The notes: generated by a model from the sequence alone, not told the origin. A DNA stretch of 64,000 bases from Acidimicrobiales bacterium (GCA_017883045.1 JADGOJ010000003.1:98-64097), one strand, 5' to 3'. Counted from the first letter of the stretch, positions 33,492-43,150 are shown. Numbers and translations: made by a program.

Positions 33492-36485
33492 GTGGGAGCG
33501 ACCGAGCGGCTGACGCTACCGATTCCGTACGGGCATCACGTCTACGTGGTGAGCGACCTGTCGCTCTCGCCCACTTCGGACGTGACCAGTCGGCCGATTG
33601 CGGAGTTCATCGACCTGATGGGCGACATCGACGACGTCGCGGTGATGGCCGTGGCGGGCAACTTCTTCCACCCCGGACCGACGTCGGACCTCGCGAAGTT
33701 CATCGACGCCACGCTCGCGGCCCTGCCGACGTTGCGCGACGCGATCACCGCCTTCACCCGGAACGAGGGCCACCGCTTCATCGTGCTGCCCGGTTCCGAC
33801 GACGCGGAGCTGCGCACCAGCTCCGACGCCCGGTCCCGGCTCGAGGCGCTCGGGATCTGCCTCGCCAGCGACCTGATCCTGCAGGTCGCCACCGCGACGG
33901 GCGTGCGCGACCTCGCGGTGGCCGCGGGCGCCTACGAACTCGACGTCGCGCGCGCGGATCCGAGCGACCAGGCCGACGCCGACCGGCTCGAGGACCCCCT
34001 CTCCCTGACGCGCTTCGTCGCGTCGAGGGTCCTCTACCGGCGACTGGGCGGATGGGTCTGGTTCCCCGTCGTGACCCTCGTGCTCTTCGACCTGTCGAGC
34101 GCGCTGATCTCGATCATCGGCCACTTCACGCACGAACACCTGAGGGTGCACACCCCCCACACCACGAGCTTCTGGGGCAATCTGCTCGTGAACCTGCTCA
34201 TCATCGCCGTCGTCGAGGCGGCCGTCGTGGGCGTCGCCGGACTCATCGTGCGACGGCGCTTCGAGCGCGGCGCGCGGATGGCCCACGCGCCCGAACTGAG
34301 CGAGCCCCTCTCGCTCACCCACGTCGACGAGGTCGACGCGCTCGAGTTCGCCCGTCGCGTGGCCGAACGCGGGGGTGCCGGGGCGGTCGTCGGCGGCGCA
34401 CCTCGACCAGCGCTCGCCTTCCTCGACCGGGGCGTCTGCGCGGCGCCGGGGCCGTCGAGGACGGTGCTCGTCGAGCGGCGCGGACGATTCGGCCTGCCGC
34501 CGGTCTTCTCGTCGGTCGACCGTCTCGGCATCGTCGAGGTCGAGGCCGCGAGTGCGGTGCAGGTGCGCCTCTACGCCGGCGAGACGGGCCGCAAGCGCGG
34601 CACGCTGCTCGAGCGGCTCGTCGCGGACTCGAACGTCCAGCCGGCCCCGTCGACGCTCACCTCGACGGTGGGCTCGTGGCCGACCGGCAACCCCTTCCCG
34701 GTCACGATCGAACGCCTGCGCGACCAGCGCCACCAGCGCACGATACGGCGCTGGGCGAGCGGCCTGCTCTTCCTCGACGGACTGGTCAACCTGGTCGTCA
34801 CCGCGTCGCCGCCGCTGCGCAGCCGCCTGCAGTCGGTGCTGACCTACCTGCCGCTCGGCGTCGCCAAGTCCGCCGCCGCGTTGACCGCGGTCGCGGGCAT
34901 CGCGCTGATCATGACGGCGCGCGGGGTGCGCCGCGGCCAGCGCCGGGCCTGGTTCCTCGCGGTCGCGGTGCTCGCGGTGACGATCGTCGCGCACCTCGTG
35001 CGAGGCGGCGGCATCATCTCGCCGCTGCTCGCCGCCTCGATCCTGGGGCTGCTCGTCGTGCGCCGGCGCTACTTCCAGGCGACGACCGACCGTTCGAGCG
35101 TGGGTTCGGCCCTCCCCCGCCTCGGTCTGATTGTCCTGGTCGCGCTGGTCGCCGCCACCATCGGCATCGAGGCGGCCCAGCACCGCCACCACCTGCCGAA
35201 CATCGGCGTCGTCTTCCTCGCCTGCGTCGAGCGCCTGGTCGGCCTGAACAACATCGCGCTGCCCGAGGGGGTCGCGGACTTCATCAATCCCACGCTGCTC
35301 GCCGTGGGGCTCTCGACCATCGTGTCGGCGTTCTACGTGCTCACCCGCCCGGTCGTCGACCGCCGTCTCTCGTCGACGGGGCGCAGCGCCGAGCGGCGCT
35401 TCGCCGAGCTGCGCGCCAGAGAGATCGTGCGTCGCCACGGGCGCGGGACCCTCGACTACTTCGCGCTGCGCGACGACAAGCAGTTCTTCTTCTTTCGCGA
35501 CTCACTGGTCGCCTACGCGGTGTACGGCGGGGTGGCGCTGATCTCGCCCGACCCGATCGGACCCGAGGCCGAGCGCACCGAGGCCTTCAGCGCGTACCGC
35601 GCCTACGCCGAGAGTCGCGGCTGGACCGTCGGGGTCGTGGGCGCGAGCGAGGAGTGGCTGCCGATCTACGGGGCCGCGGGGCTGCACCACCTCTACATCG
35701 GCGACGAGGCGATCGTGGACTGCCCCTCGTTCAGTCTCGCGGGCGGCAAGATGAAGGGCTTGCGCCAGGCCTGCACGCGCCTCGCGCGCCACGGCTACAC
35801 GGTCGAGTTCCTCGACCCCTCCAACATCGACCCCAGTCGCGTCACCGACATCCTCGAGCTGATCAAGATGCTGCGCCGCGGCGAGGCCGAGCGCGGCTTC
35901 TCCATGATGCTCGGGCGGCTGTTCAACCCCAAGGACAAGGGACTGCTGCTCACCCTGGTGCACGGTCCCGACGGCAAGCCGGCCGCGGTCTGTCAGTTCG
36001 TGCCCTCGCCGGCCATCAACGGGTACTCGCTCGACCTGATGCGCCGCGACCCCGGCGAGCACCCCAACGGCCTGATCGACTTCGCCCTCTGCTCGACGAT
36101 CGAGCACCTGCGCGAGCAGGGCGCGCGGGGACTCAGCATGAACTTCGCGGCCTTCCGCTCGGTGCTCGAAGGCGAGCGCGGCGAGGGCGCCTTCACCCGC
36201 GTCGAGCGCTGGGCCCTGAAGCGGCTCTCGGGCATCTTGCCCATCGAGTCGCTGTGGACCTTCAACTCCAAGTACCACCCCACCTGGCTGCCGCGCTACC
36301 TCGTCTACCCCGCCGCCGAGAGCTTCGTCCCGGTCGCCGCCGCGGTGCTGCGCGCCGAGTCGCTCACCGAACTGCCGGTGCTCGGACGCTTTCTCACCAG
36401 CGACCCCTCCAACCGCCCCGGCACGGTGGTGCCCGACGAGGTGCTCGAGGCGGCGAAGAAGGTCGGGCGCGACCAGGTCCGCTAG
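33492..36485 (+). CDS. Multidomain membrane protein: degenerate metallophosphoesterase-like fold + TM segments + MprF-type C-terminal (DUF2156 / aminoacyl-phosphatidylglycerol synthase-like) domain
   Basis: The C-terminal ~330 aa (TLDYFALRDDKQFFF...GKMKGLRQA...AERGFSMMLGR...GYSLDLMRR...NGLIDFAL...GLSMNFAAFR...KYHPTWLPRYLVY) matches the MprF/LysX synthase domain pattern. About 8 hydrophobic helices lie in the middle. For the N-terminus, see the finding at 33492-36485. Confidence 0.8.
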   Translation: MGATERLTLPIPYGHHVYVVSDLSLSPTSDVTSRPIAEFIDLMGDIDDVAVMAVAGNFFHPGPTSDLAKFIDATLAALPTLRDAITAFTRNEGHRFIVLPGSDDAELRTSSDARSRLEALGICLASDLILQVATATGVRDLAVAAGAYELDVARADPSDQADADRLEDPLSLTRFVASRVLYRRLGGWVWFPVVTLVLFDLSSALISIIGHFTHEHLRVHTPHTTSFWGNLLVNLLIIAVVEAAVVGVAGLIVRRRFERGARMAHAPELSEPLSLTHVDEVDALEFARRVAERGGAGAVVGGAPRPALAFLDRGVCAAPGPSRTVLVERRGRFGLPPVFSSVDRLGIVEVEAASAVQVRLYAGETGRKRGTLLERLVADSNVQPAPSTLTSTVGSWPTGNPFPVTIERLRDQRHQRTIRRWASGLLFLDGLVNLVVTASPPLRSRLQSVLTYLPLGVAKSAAALTAVAGIALIMTARGVRRGQRRAWFLAVAVLAVTIVAHLVRGGGIISPLLAASILGLLVVRRRYFQATTDRSSVGSALPRLGLIVLVALVAATIGIEAAQHRHHLPNIGVVFLACVERLVGLNNIALPEGVADFINPTLLAVGLSTIVSAFYVLTRPVVDRRLSSTGRSAERRFAELRAREIVRRHGRGTLDYFALRDDKQFFFFRDSLVAYAVYGGVALISPDPIGPEAERTEAFSAYRAYAESRGWTVGVVGASEEWLPIYGAAGLHHLYIGDEAIVDCPSFSLAGGKMKGLRQACTRLARHGYTVEFLDPSNIDPSRVTDILELIKMLRRGEAERGFSMMLGRLFNPKDKGLLLTLVHGPDGKPAAVCQFVPSPAINGYSLDLMRRDPGEHPNGLIDFALCSTIEHLREQGARGLSMNFAAFRSVLEGERGEGAFTRVERWALKRLSGILPIESLWTFNSKYHPTWLPRYLVYPAAESFVPVAAAVLRAESLTELPVLGRFLTSDPSNRPGTVVPDEVLEAAKKVGRDQVR

Positions 36486-37984
36486 GGGACCTGGTCGAGG
36501 GTTCCGAGGCTGGGCGGATTGGGCGGGCTCGGCGCCGGGGGCGGCTCGACGACCGGCCATCCGGGGTCGGCTCCGCCCGCGTCGAAGCGGAAGGGTGGGT
36601 ACTCGTCGCGCAAGAGCAGGACGTAGGCGAACACCCGGTAGCACCAGCGGTTCATGCCCATGATGAAGTCGAACAGGTGCGCCGGGTACCGTCCCTGCAC
36701 CAGGAGGATGACCGCGGCGACGAAGGCCAGCAGGCTGATGAGCCCGCCACCGGCCGAGAACAGCCAAGAGTGATTCCACTGACGACTCAGCCCCCACGAA
36801 CCTCCGACGAAGATCCCGACCACGATGTACTGCGGGATGGCGAGCAGCCACCACTTCACCAGCACGAGCCCGCGCGACAGGTGCTCGGGGTAGTCGACGG
36901 TGAACTCCGCCGGGTACCCCGCGACGGGGTCGAGGCTGAACGGCGGATAGCGGTCGGTCCCGAAGGCGCCAAAGGTGTAGAAGGTGACCCGCCACGTCCA
37001 GCGCAGCACGCCGACGCTGAAGTCGAACAGGCTGCGCGGGTAGCGGCCGGTGAAGAGGATCGAGAAGCCCGCGAAGATCGACACCGGCACCAGCGCCATC
37101 CACAGGACCACGAGGATGGCGAAGTGCGGGATGGCGAGGAACCCCTTCACGATCCACAGCCAACGGCTGAGCGGACTGTCCAGCGTCGCGTCGAGGCGGG
37201 CCGGGTACGAGCCCGCCACCGGAAGCCGGACCGGTCCCTCGCCGGGTGCGCTCGGCGTGGCGCCGGGGACCTCCCCCTCTCGTTCGCGGCGACGGGTCAG
37301 CCCGATGATCCCAAAGACGAACATCAGGGCGCCGAGCATGAGCAGGATGACGCCCCCGATGATCAGACCGACGCCGAGCGGCTGGACCCATCCGGCCTTG
37401 GCCCCGATCGAGACGAGGGCCACGACGCCGCGCTGGCCGTCGGCGCGCATCACCACGACGGTCCACCGGCCCTGCTCGGTGGGCCAGGTGAGCGACCGGG
37501 TCCCCGGACCAGAGGCGGATGCGGCCCAGATCTTCTCGGCGACGGGCGGGCTCGCCGGGGCCGTGCCACCGTAGTCACGGTAGTGCGCCTGGAACGGGAA
37601 GAGGTCCACGCTGGTGACCCGGCTGTGGGCGACGTTGGTCAGGTACTGGTCGACGCTGGCGCTCGGCGCGATGCCGACGAACGTGGCCGCGCCGCCGAGC
37701 ACCGAGGCCCTGATCCTGATCGTGCCGAGGTGGTGGTGGAGGAACAGGTCACTCGGTCCCGGACTCGAACCGAAGTCGAGCGCCGACGTCAGGGCGCTGC
37801 CCGACGTGACGAACTGTTGGCGCGAGGTGGTGAAGAAGCCGGCGGCGTCGCGCTGCGTGGCGTTGGCCCAGAGCAGCGTCCCCCCACCGGCCGTTATCGC
37901 GAAGCCGACCAGCAGCACGAGCGCCCCGGCCACTATCAGCACCGCCCTGCCCACGCGCCCCATTGCGCCTCCTCGCTTGGTCAT
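36482..37984 (-). CDS. Membrane protein with a C-terminal DUF4389 domain
   Basis: Tandem DUF4389-like units (RWLWIVKGFLAIPHFAILVVLW...FTGRYPRSLFDF; LVKWWLLAIPQYIVVGIF...VQGRYPAHLFDF). N-terminal TM helix plus an extracytoplasmic domain. Confidence 0.75.
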   Translation of the reverse strand: MTKRGGAMGRVGRAVLIVAGALVLLVGFAITAGGGTLLWANATQRDAAGFFTTSRQQFVTSGSALTSALDFGSSPGPSDLFLHHHLGTIRIRASVLGGAATFVGIAPSASVDQYLTNVAHSRVTSVDLFPFQAHYRDYGGTAPASPPVAEKIWAASASGPGTRSLTWPTEQGRWTVVVMRADGQRGVVALVSIGAKAGWVQPLGVGLIIGGVILLMLGALMFVFGIIGLTRRREREGEVPGATPSAPGEGPVRLPVAGSYPARLDATLDSPLSRWLWIVKGFLAIPHFAILVVLWMALVPVSIFAGFSILFTGRYPRSLFDFSVGVLRWTWRVTFYTFGAFGTDRYPPFSLDPVAGYPAEFTVDYPEHLSRGLVLVKWWLLAIPQYIVVGIFVGGSWGLSRQWNHSWLFSAGGGLISLLAFVAAVILLVQGRYPAHLFDFIMGMNRWCYRVFAYVLLLRDEYPPFRFDAGGADPGWPVVEPPPAPSPPNPPSLGTLDQVP

Positions 37985-38050
37985 CGGCCACTCCCCTCAC
38001 CGTACGCCTGGCCGCACGCGGTCGTGGTCTGGTTCAACCCGACCATGCGA

Positions 38051-38305
38051 TCATTCGACGTGAGCGGCCGGTACCTGGATTCGTCCCCGACGGAAGTAGG
38101 CGATCGGACCGAAGAAGTTGAGGCCGATCACCAGGGCCCAGCGCCACTTCGGCCCTCGAACCTGCTCGCCCGGACGGCGGGCGAGGTCGCGCCACGCGGC
38201 GGCGGCCATGGAGAGTTGAATGACGGCCATCGCGATCGAAACGATCTTCTGCAGCGGCGTCATCTCGCGCCAATTGCGGTGGTGACGTGGAGATCCGGTG
38301 CCCAT
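38051..38305 (-). CDS. Small membrane protein with a PLD-nuclease N-terminal (PLDc_N)-like motif
   Basis: PKWRWALVIGLNFFGPIAYF is preceded by a TM helix (IVSIAMAVIQLSMAAAAW). The start is uncertain: TTG 38380, ATG 38305 or ATG 38263. Confidence 0.5.
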   Translation of the reverse strand: MGTGSPRHHRNWREMTPLQKIVSIAMAVIQLSMAAAAWRDLARRPGEQVRGPKWRWALVIGLNFFGPIAYFRRGRIQVPAAHVE

Positions 38306-38419
38306 GCCTCGATCTTGCCTCGGCTGAAGCTTCGGCGGGAAGGGTCGAAAGTCCCAGCGGTTCGCCTGGCCGGTCCTCAACGGGACGATCCGGCGCGAGA
38401 ACCGGGAGGACGTCGTGCG

Positions 38420-38439
38420 CCTCGGCCCCGCGCCCGAGG
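38420..38439 (-). terminator. Weak stem-loop CCTCGG-N8-CCGAGG just downstream of the enoyl-CoA hydratase gene
   Basis: 6-bp perfect stem read directly from the sequence. There is no U-tract. Confidence 0.25.
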
Positions 38440-38441
38440 AA

Positions 38442-39248
38442 TCAGGTGACGTGCGGCGAGTCGACGTCTCGTCCGTCGCGACCCCACTGGGGAGCGCGCT
38501 TCTCGATGAACGCGGCGATCCCCTCCTGGGCGTCGGGGATCAGGCTGGCGGCGGCCATGACCTCCGCGGCGTAGGCGTAGGCCCGGGACTGGTCCATGTC
38601 GATCTGGGCGTAGAAGGCCCGCTTGCCGATGGCCTTGGACGCGGCGCTGCCTCTGGTCACGCGCCGGATCATCGCGGCGGTCGCCTCGTCGAGCTCGGAC
38701 GCCGTCACGACCTGGTTGACGAGCCCCCAGGCCACCGCCGTTCGCGCGTCGATTGGGTCGCCGCTCATCGCCATCTCGAGGGCCCGCTTGCGCCCGATGG
38801 AGCGGCCCACGGCGACCATCGGCGTCGTGCAGAACAGTCCGCCCCTGCCGCCCGGGGTGCAGAAGGAGGCCCCCTCGCTCGCGACCGCGAGGTCGGCGGA
38901 GGCGACCAGCTGGCATCCCGCGCCCGTCGCCAGGGCGTGCACGCGTGCCACGACCGGTTGGGGAATGGACTGGATGGTCTCCATCATCGTCGTGCACACG
39001 GCGAACAGGTGGCGGACGCTTCCCAGGTCCTGACCATGCATCTCGGCGAAGTCGTGGCCCGCGCTGAACAACCGGCCCTTGGCGGCCAAGACCACCCCGG
39101 TCGCGTCGCTCTCGCCGGCGTCGACGAAGGCCCGGGTCATCTCCTCCATCAGCGCGAGCGACAGGACGTTGAGCTGGTCCGGTCGATTCAACCAGATGGT
39201 GATCGTGTCACCCGCTCGCTCGCTCAGTACGAATCGGTAGTCCGCCAC
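38442..39248 (-). CDS. Enoyl-CoA hydratase/isomerase (crotonase) family protein
   Basis: GAAGGAG lies 5 nt upstream of the GTG at 39248. Crotonase motifs LNRPDQLNVLS, FSAGHDFAEM and ATGAGCQLVASADLAVAS are present. Confidence 0.85.
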   Translation of the reverse strand: MADYRFVLSERAGDTITIWLNRPDQLNVLSLALMEEMTRAFVDAGESDATGVVLAAKGRLFSAGHDFAEMHGQDLGSVRHLFAVCTTMMETIQSIPQPVVARVHALATGAGCQLVASADLAVASEGASFCTPGGRGGLFCTTPMVAVGRSIGRKRALEMAMSGDPIDARTAVAWGLVNQVVTASELDEATAAMIRRVTRGSAASKAIGKRAFYAQIDMDQSRAYAYAAEVMAAASLIPDAQEGIAAFIEKRAPQWGRDGRDVDSPHVT

Positions 39249-39339
39249 GGCGACTCCTTCACTTGCGTCGAAGCCGAGCCTACGGCGCCGACGCCGTGGA
39301 GCGGCCGCCGACAGAGTCCACGGCCCGGTCACCTCCGGT

Positions 39340-40182
39340 TCAGCGCAGGCGACCCTTGATCGCGCGCGCCAGACGCGACGGCGCCTCGTCGTCGAAGCCG
39401 AGGAAGAGCGACGGCTCGACCAGCTCGAGCTCCATGACCGCCCACCCCTCGCGCGTGCGCACGAGGTCGACGCGCGCGTAGAGCAGGTCGTCGAACGCCA
39501 GGCCGTCGAGCACGCGCTGGGCGAAGGCGACCGCGTCGGGTTCGCCCAGTGCACGGCTCATCTGCTCGCGGCGAAACAGCGAGTCGCGCTCGTGCGCGGC
39601 GACGTTCAGCATCGCGGCCTTGGTCATGGCGTGGGAGAACGACCCGTCGATGAACACGAGGGCCCGCTCGCCCAGCTCGTCGACCGAGTCGACGTAGGGC
39701 TGGACCATCGCGTCGCGGCCGCTCGCGTGCAGTCGCGCCACGTGCGCCCTGGCGCGCTCTCGTTCGTCGGGCCGGTACCGGTCGGCGTCGATCGACCCGG
39801 CCCCCACGCTGGGCTTCACCACGAAGTCGACGTCGGGCAGGACCGGCTCGTCGCCCACGTCGACGAAGCGGGTGGCGACGACCGCGTGCCCGCGTGCCGC
39901 GAGGTCCGCGAGGTAGTGCTTGTCGCTCGAGTACTCGATCACGGGGTGGGGATTGGCGAGGCGCGCCACCGACCGCGCCCAGTCGAGGAACTGCGCCCGT
40001 CGAGGGGCGTAGTCCCAGGTCGAACGCACCACGACCAGGTCGAAGCCGTCCCAGTCGACCGCGGGATCGTCCCAGACCGCCAGCCGCGCGTCGATCCCCT
40101 CGCGGCCGAGGGCCTCGAGCAGGATCGGCGAGTCGAGGTCGACGTCCTCGCCCGCGCACGTCGCGATGGCGACGAGGCTCAC
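39340..40182 (-). CDS. ATP-grasp-fold protein (RimK/glutathione-synthetase-like)
   Basis: The GTG at 40182 overlaps the nuoN TGA (GTGA). Segments VVKPSVGAGSID, VQPYVDSV, GERALVFIDG and YARVDLVRTREGWAVMELELVEPSLF are typical of small ATP-grasp ligases. Confidence 0.6.
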   Translation of the reverse strand: MSLVAIATCAGEDVDLDSPILLEALGREGIDARLAVWDDPAVDWDGFDLVVVRSTWDYAPRRAQFLDWARSVARLANPHPVIEYSSDKHYLADLAARGHAVVATRFVDVGDEPVLPDVDFVVKPSVGAGSIDADRYRPDERERARAHVARLHASGRDAMVQPYVDSVDELGERALVFIDGSFSHAMTKAAMLNVAAHERDSLFRREQMSRALGEPDAVAFAQRVLDGLAFDDLLYARVDLVRTREGWAVMELELVEPSLFLGFDDEAPSRLARAIKGRLR

Positions 40183-41651
40183 GGGGTGAACAGGACCGTG
40201 GCGTGCTGGGCGAGCGTGGCGAGGGGCCCGGGCCACACGCCGAACACCAGGGTCACCAGCACCCCGAAGCCGATCACGGCGCCCGTCGAGCGCGGCACGG
40301 CGATCCTCGCCGCCTCGAGGTCGTCCTCGGCGTAGAGCGCCAGCGTCCAACGCAGGTAGAACACGGCGGCCACCGCGGCGCTGAGCAGCGCGATCAGCGC
40401 CAGCGCGCCGCCGCCGGCGTCGACCACCGACGCCAGCACCGTGAACTTGGCGTAGAAGCCGGTCGTCAGCGGCGCCCCGAGCTGGCTGAGCAGCAGCACC
40501 GCCATCGCCGCGCCGAGCCAGGGCTGGCGACGCGCGAGGCCCCGGTAGCGGTCGACCGAGTGGTGATCGTCACCGCGACCGCCCACCAGGGTCACGACGG
40601 CGAACGTCGCCACCACGATCGGGGCGTAGGTCATGACGTAGAAGAGCGTCGCGGCGGTGCCGCGGATGGTGCCGGCCCAGACGCCGAGCAGGATGAACCC
40701 GGCGTGGTTGATCGACGAGTACGCCAGCATGCGCTTGGCGTTGCGCTGCACCAGCGCCAGCGTCGCGCCGACGATGGTCGTGAGGGCCACGAGCATCCAC
40801 AGGATCGGGCGCCAGGTGTCGAGCTGGGTGCCGAGCGCCGAGATCAACACGCGCACCAGCGCCGCGAAGGCGCCGACCTTGACGATCGAGGCCATGAAGC
40901 CGGTCACCGGCGTCGGGGCGCCCTCGTAGACGTCGGGCGACCACAGGTGGAAGGGCACGGCGGCGATCTTGAAGGCGAAGCCCACCAGCAGCAGCGCGCC
41001 GCCGGCGTAGAGCAGGGCCGGTCGCAGCAGCACGTTCGAGCCGAGGAAGTACGAGATCGACGTCAGGTTCGCCGAGCCCGTCGCGCCGTACACGAGGGCC
41101 GCGCCGTAGATGAAGATCGCCGACGCGAAGCTGCCGAGCAGGAAGTACTTCAGCGCGGCCTCGGCCGACGTGGCGCGGTGGCGGTCGAAGGCGACGAGCA
41201 CGTAGAGCCCGATCGAGAGGATCTCGAGGCCGAGGAAGATCACGACCAGGTCGTTGGCCTGGGTCATGAGCAGGGCGCCGCCACTCGAGGCGAGCGCCAG
41301 GATGTGGAACTCGACGCCCGCGACGCGCTCGCGAAGCGCCCAGTCGTGCGCGACCAGCGCCGACATCAAGAGGCTCAGCGCGATGACCGCCGACGCGATG
41401 ACCGAGAAGTCGTCGAGCACGATGGCGTGGGCGATCGTCGTGCTCGCCCCGGCGTGGGCGACGTTGCGCCACTGGAAGTAGTTGACCACGATGCTCGCGA
41501 GCGCCGTCGCGACGACCGTCGCCGTCGCGACCCACAGCGGCACCTTGGACTTCACGAGCGCGGTCGCCAGCGTCAGCACGAGCGCCGCGCCGAAGAAGAT
41601 CAGCACCGGCAGTATGGCGAGGTAGTGGATCGAGGGGATCACGAGGTTCAC
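40179..41651 (-). CDS. nuoN: NADH-quinone oxidoreductase subunit N
   Basis: 490-aa polytopic antiporter-like subunit, last gene of the contiguous nuo operon. GTGA overlap with nuoM. Confidence 0.93.
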   Translation of the reverse strand: MNLVIPSIHYLAILPVLIFFGAALVLTLATALVKSKVPLWVATATVVATALASIVVNYFQWRNVAHAGASTTIAHAIVLDDFSVIASAVIALSLLMSALVAHDWALRERVAGVEFHILALASSGGALLMTQANDLVVIFLGLEILSIGLYVLVAFDRHRATSAEAALKYFLLGSFASAIFIYGAALVYGATGSANLTSISYFLGSNVLLRPALLYAGGALLLVGFAFKIAAVPFHLWSPDVYEGAPTPVTGFMASIVKVGAFAALVRVLISALGTQLDTWRPILWMLVALTTIVGATLALVQRNAKRMLAYSSINHAGFILLGVWAGTIRGTAATLFYVMTYAPIVVATFAVVTLVGGRGDDHHSVDRYRGLARRQPWLGAAMAVLLLSQLGAPLTTGFYAKFTVLASVVDAGGGALALIALLSAAVAAVFYLRWTLALYAEDDLEAARIAVPRSTGAVIGFGVLVTLVFGVWPGPLATLAQHATVLFTP

Positions 41652-43150
41652 TTGGTCACCCCGTTCACGGTGGTGTGCTCGATCAGCTGCTGCACCGAGG
41701 GCGAGATCCGGTCAAGCACGGGCTTGGGGAAGACGCCCAGCGCGACGATCAGCACGACGACGGGAACGAGCACCCAGCGCTCTTTGGACGTGGCGTCGGT
41801 GATCTCGAGGTTGGCGCCCTCGGCGCGGCCGTGGAAGACCCGCTGGTAGGCCCAGAGCAGGTAGAGCGCGGCGGCGACCACGCCGATCGAGGCGAACACC
41901 GCCCACCAGGCGTGGGTCGCGAACGTGCCGAGGAGGATGAGGAACTCGCTCACGAAGCCCGACAGCCCCGGCAGGCCGATCGAGGCGAGCATCACGACCG
42001 TGAAGAGCGCCGCCAGCACCGGGGCCGGTCCCTGCAGTCCCGTGAAGTCGCGCACCGTGATGCTGGCGCGACGCTGCTCGAGGAAGCCAATGATGAGGAA
42101 GAAGCCGATCGTGATGACCCCGTGGTTGAACATCAACAGCACGGCGCCGACGGTGGCGATCTGCGAGCCCGACATCACGCCCAGCGTGATGAAGCCGATC
42201 TGGGCGAGCGACGAGTACGCGACGAGCCGCTTGAGGTCGGACGTGACGCAGGCGAGCGCCGAGCCGTAGAGGATCCCCACCACCGCGAGGGTCAAGAGCG
42301 CCGGGCGCATCGTCGACAGCGCCAGGGGGAACAGCCCGACCGCGAAGCGCAGCAGTCCGTAGGTGCCGAGCTTGGCGAGCAGCGCGGAGAGCTCGATCGA
42401 GCCGGCCGTCGGGGCCTCGGCGTAGGTCAGCGGCGACCAGGTGTGCAGGGGCCAGATGGGCGACTTGACCGCGAAGGCGACGGCGAAGGCGATGAACAGC
42501 CAGACCGCGGTCCCGTGGCTCATGGCCGTCGAGGACAGCGCACCGTAGCCGAAGGTGAGCTCTCCACCGCCGGGCTGGTGCTGATGGGTGAAGCCGAGGT
42601 ACAAGATGCCCACCAGCAGCGAGGCCGAGCCCGCGAAGGTGTAGATGAAGAACTTCATCGCGGCGCGCGAACGCTGCGCGCCGCCCCACTGGCCGATGAT
42701 GAAGTAGCACGGGATGAGGGTGAGCTCGAAGAAGATGAAGAACTCGAGCAGGTCGTGCGCGACGAAGCTGCCCATCGTGAAGCAGGTCAGCAGCAAGAGC
42801 CAGCCCACGAACGCCGGCTCGCGGCGACGGTCGCGCGCGCCGAGCAGCGCCAGCAGCACCACGAGCGAGGTCAGCACCACCATCAGCAGCGAGATCCCGT
42901 CGATCCCGACGTCGTAGGCGAGGCCCAGCGGCGCCGAGAGCACGTGTCGGGTGTAGAAGTCGAAGGTCGCCGCGTGGGCGAGGTGGTTGTTGTAGAGCAG
43001 TGCCACGACCAGCGAGACGGCCATCTCGATCGACGCGGCCGCGACCGCCACCACGTAGGCGCGGCCCTCGGTCTTGCGCGTGAGCAGCGCCAGCGCCGCG
43101 CCGACGAGCGGCACGAGCAGCAGCACGGCGATCCACAGAGACGAGTGCAC
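41648..43150 (-). CDS. nuoM: NADH-quinone oxidoreductase subunit M
   Basis: 500-aa antiporter-like subunit at the expected operon position. Confidence 0.93.
   Translation of the reverse strand: MHSSLWIAVLLLVPLVGAALALLTRKTEGRAYVVAVAAASIEMAVSLVVALLYNNHLAHAATFDFYTRHVLSAPLGLAYDVGIDGISLLMVVLTSLVVLLALLGARDRRREPAFVGWLLLLTCFTMGSFVAHDLLEFFIFFELTLIPCYFIIGQWGGAQRSRAAMKFFIYTFAGSASLLVGILYLGFTHQHQPGGGELTFGYGALSSTAMSHGTAVWLFIAFAVAFAVKSPIWPLHTWSPLTYAEAPTAGSIELSALLAKLGTYGLLRFAVGLFPLALSTMRPALLTLAVVGILYGSALACVTSDLKRLVAYSSLAQIGFITLGVMSGSQIATVGAVLLMFNHGVITIGFFLIIGFLEQRRASITVRDFTGLQGPAPVLAALFTVVMLASIGLPGLSGFVSEFLILLGTFATHAWWAVFASIGVVAAALYLLWAYQRVFHGRAEGANLEITDATSKERWVLVPVVVLIVALGVFPKPVLDRISPSVQQLIEHTTVNGVTK

Noticed and set aside
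33227-38449. 1740-aa plus-strand ORF covering the MprF-like, DUF4389 and PLDc_N genes
   Set aside because: It runs out of frame through the MprF-like gene and antisense to the next two genes. The translation is Arg/Pro/Gly/Ala-dominated with no domain-like segments, so it is a GC artefact.
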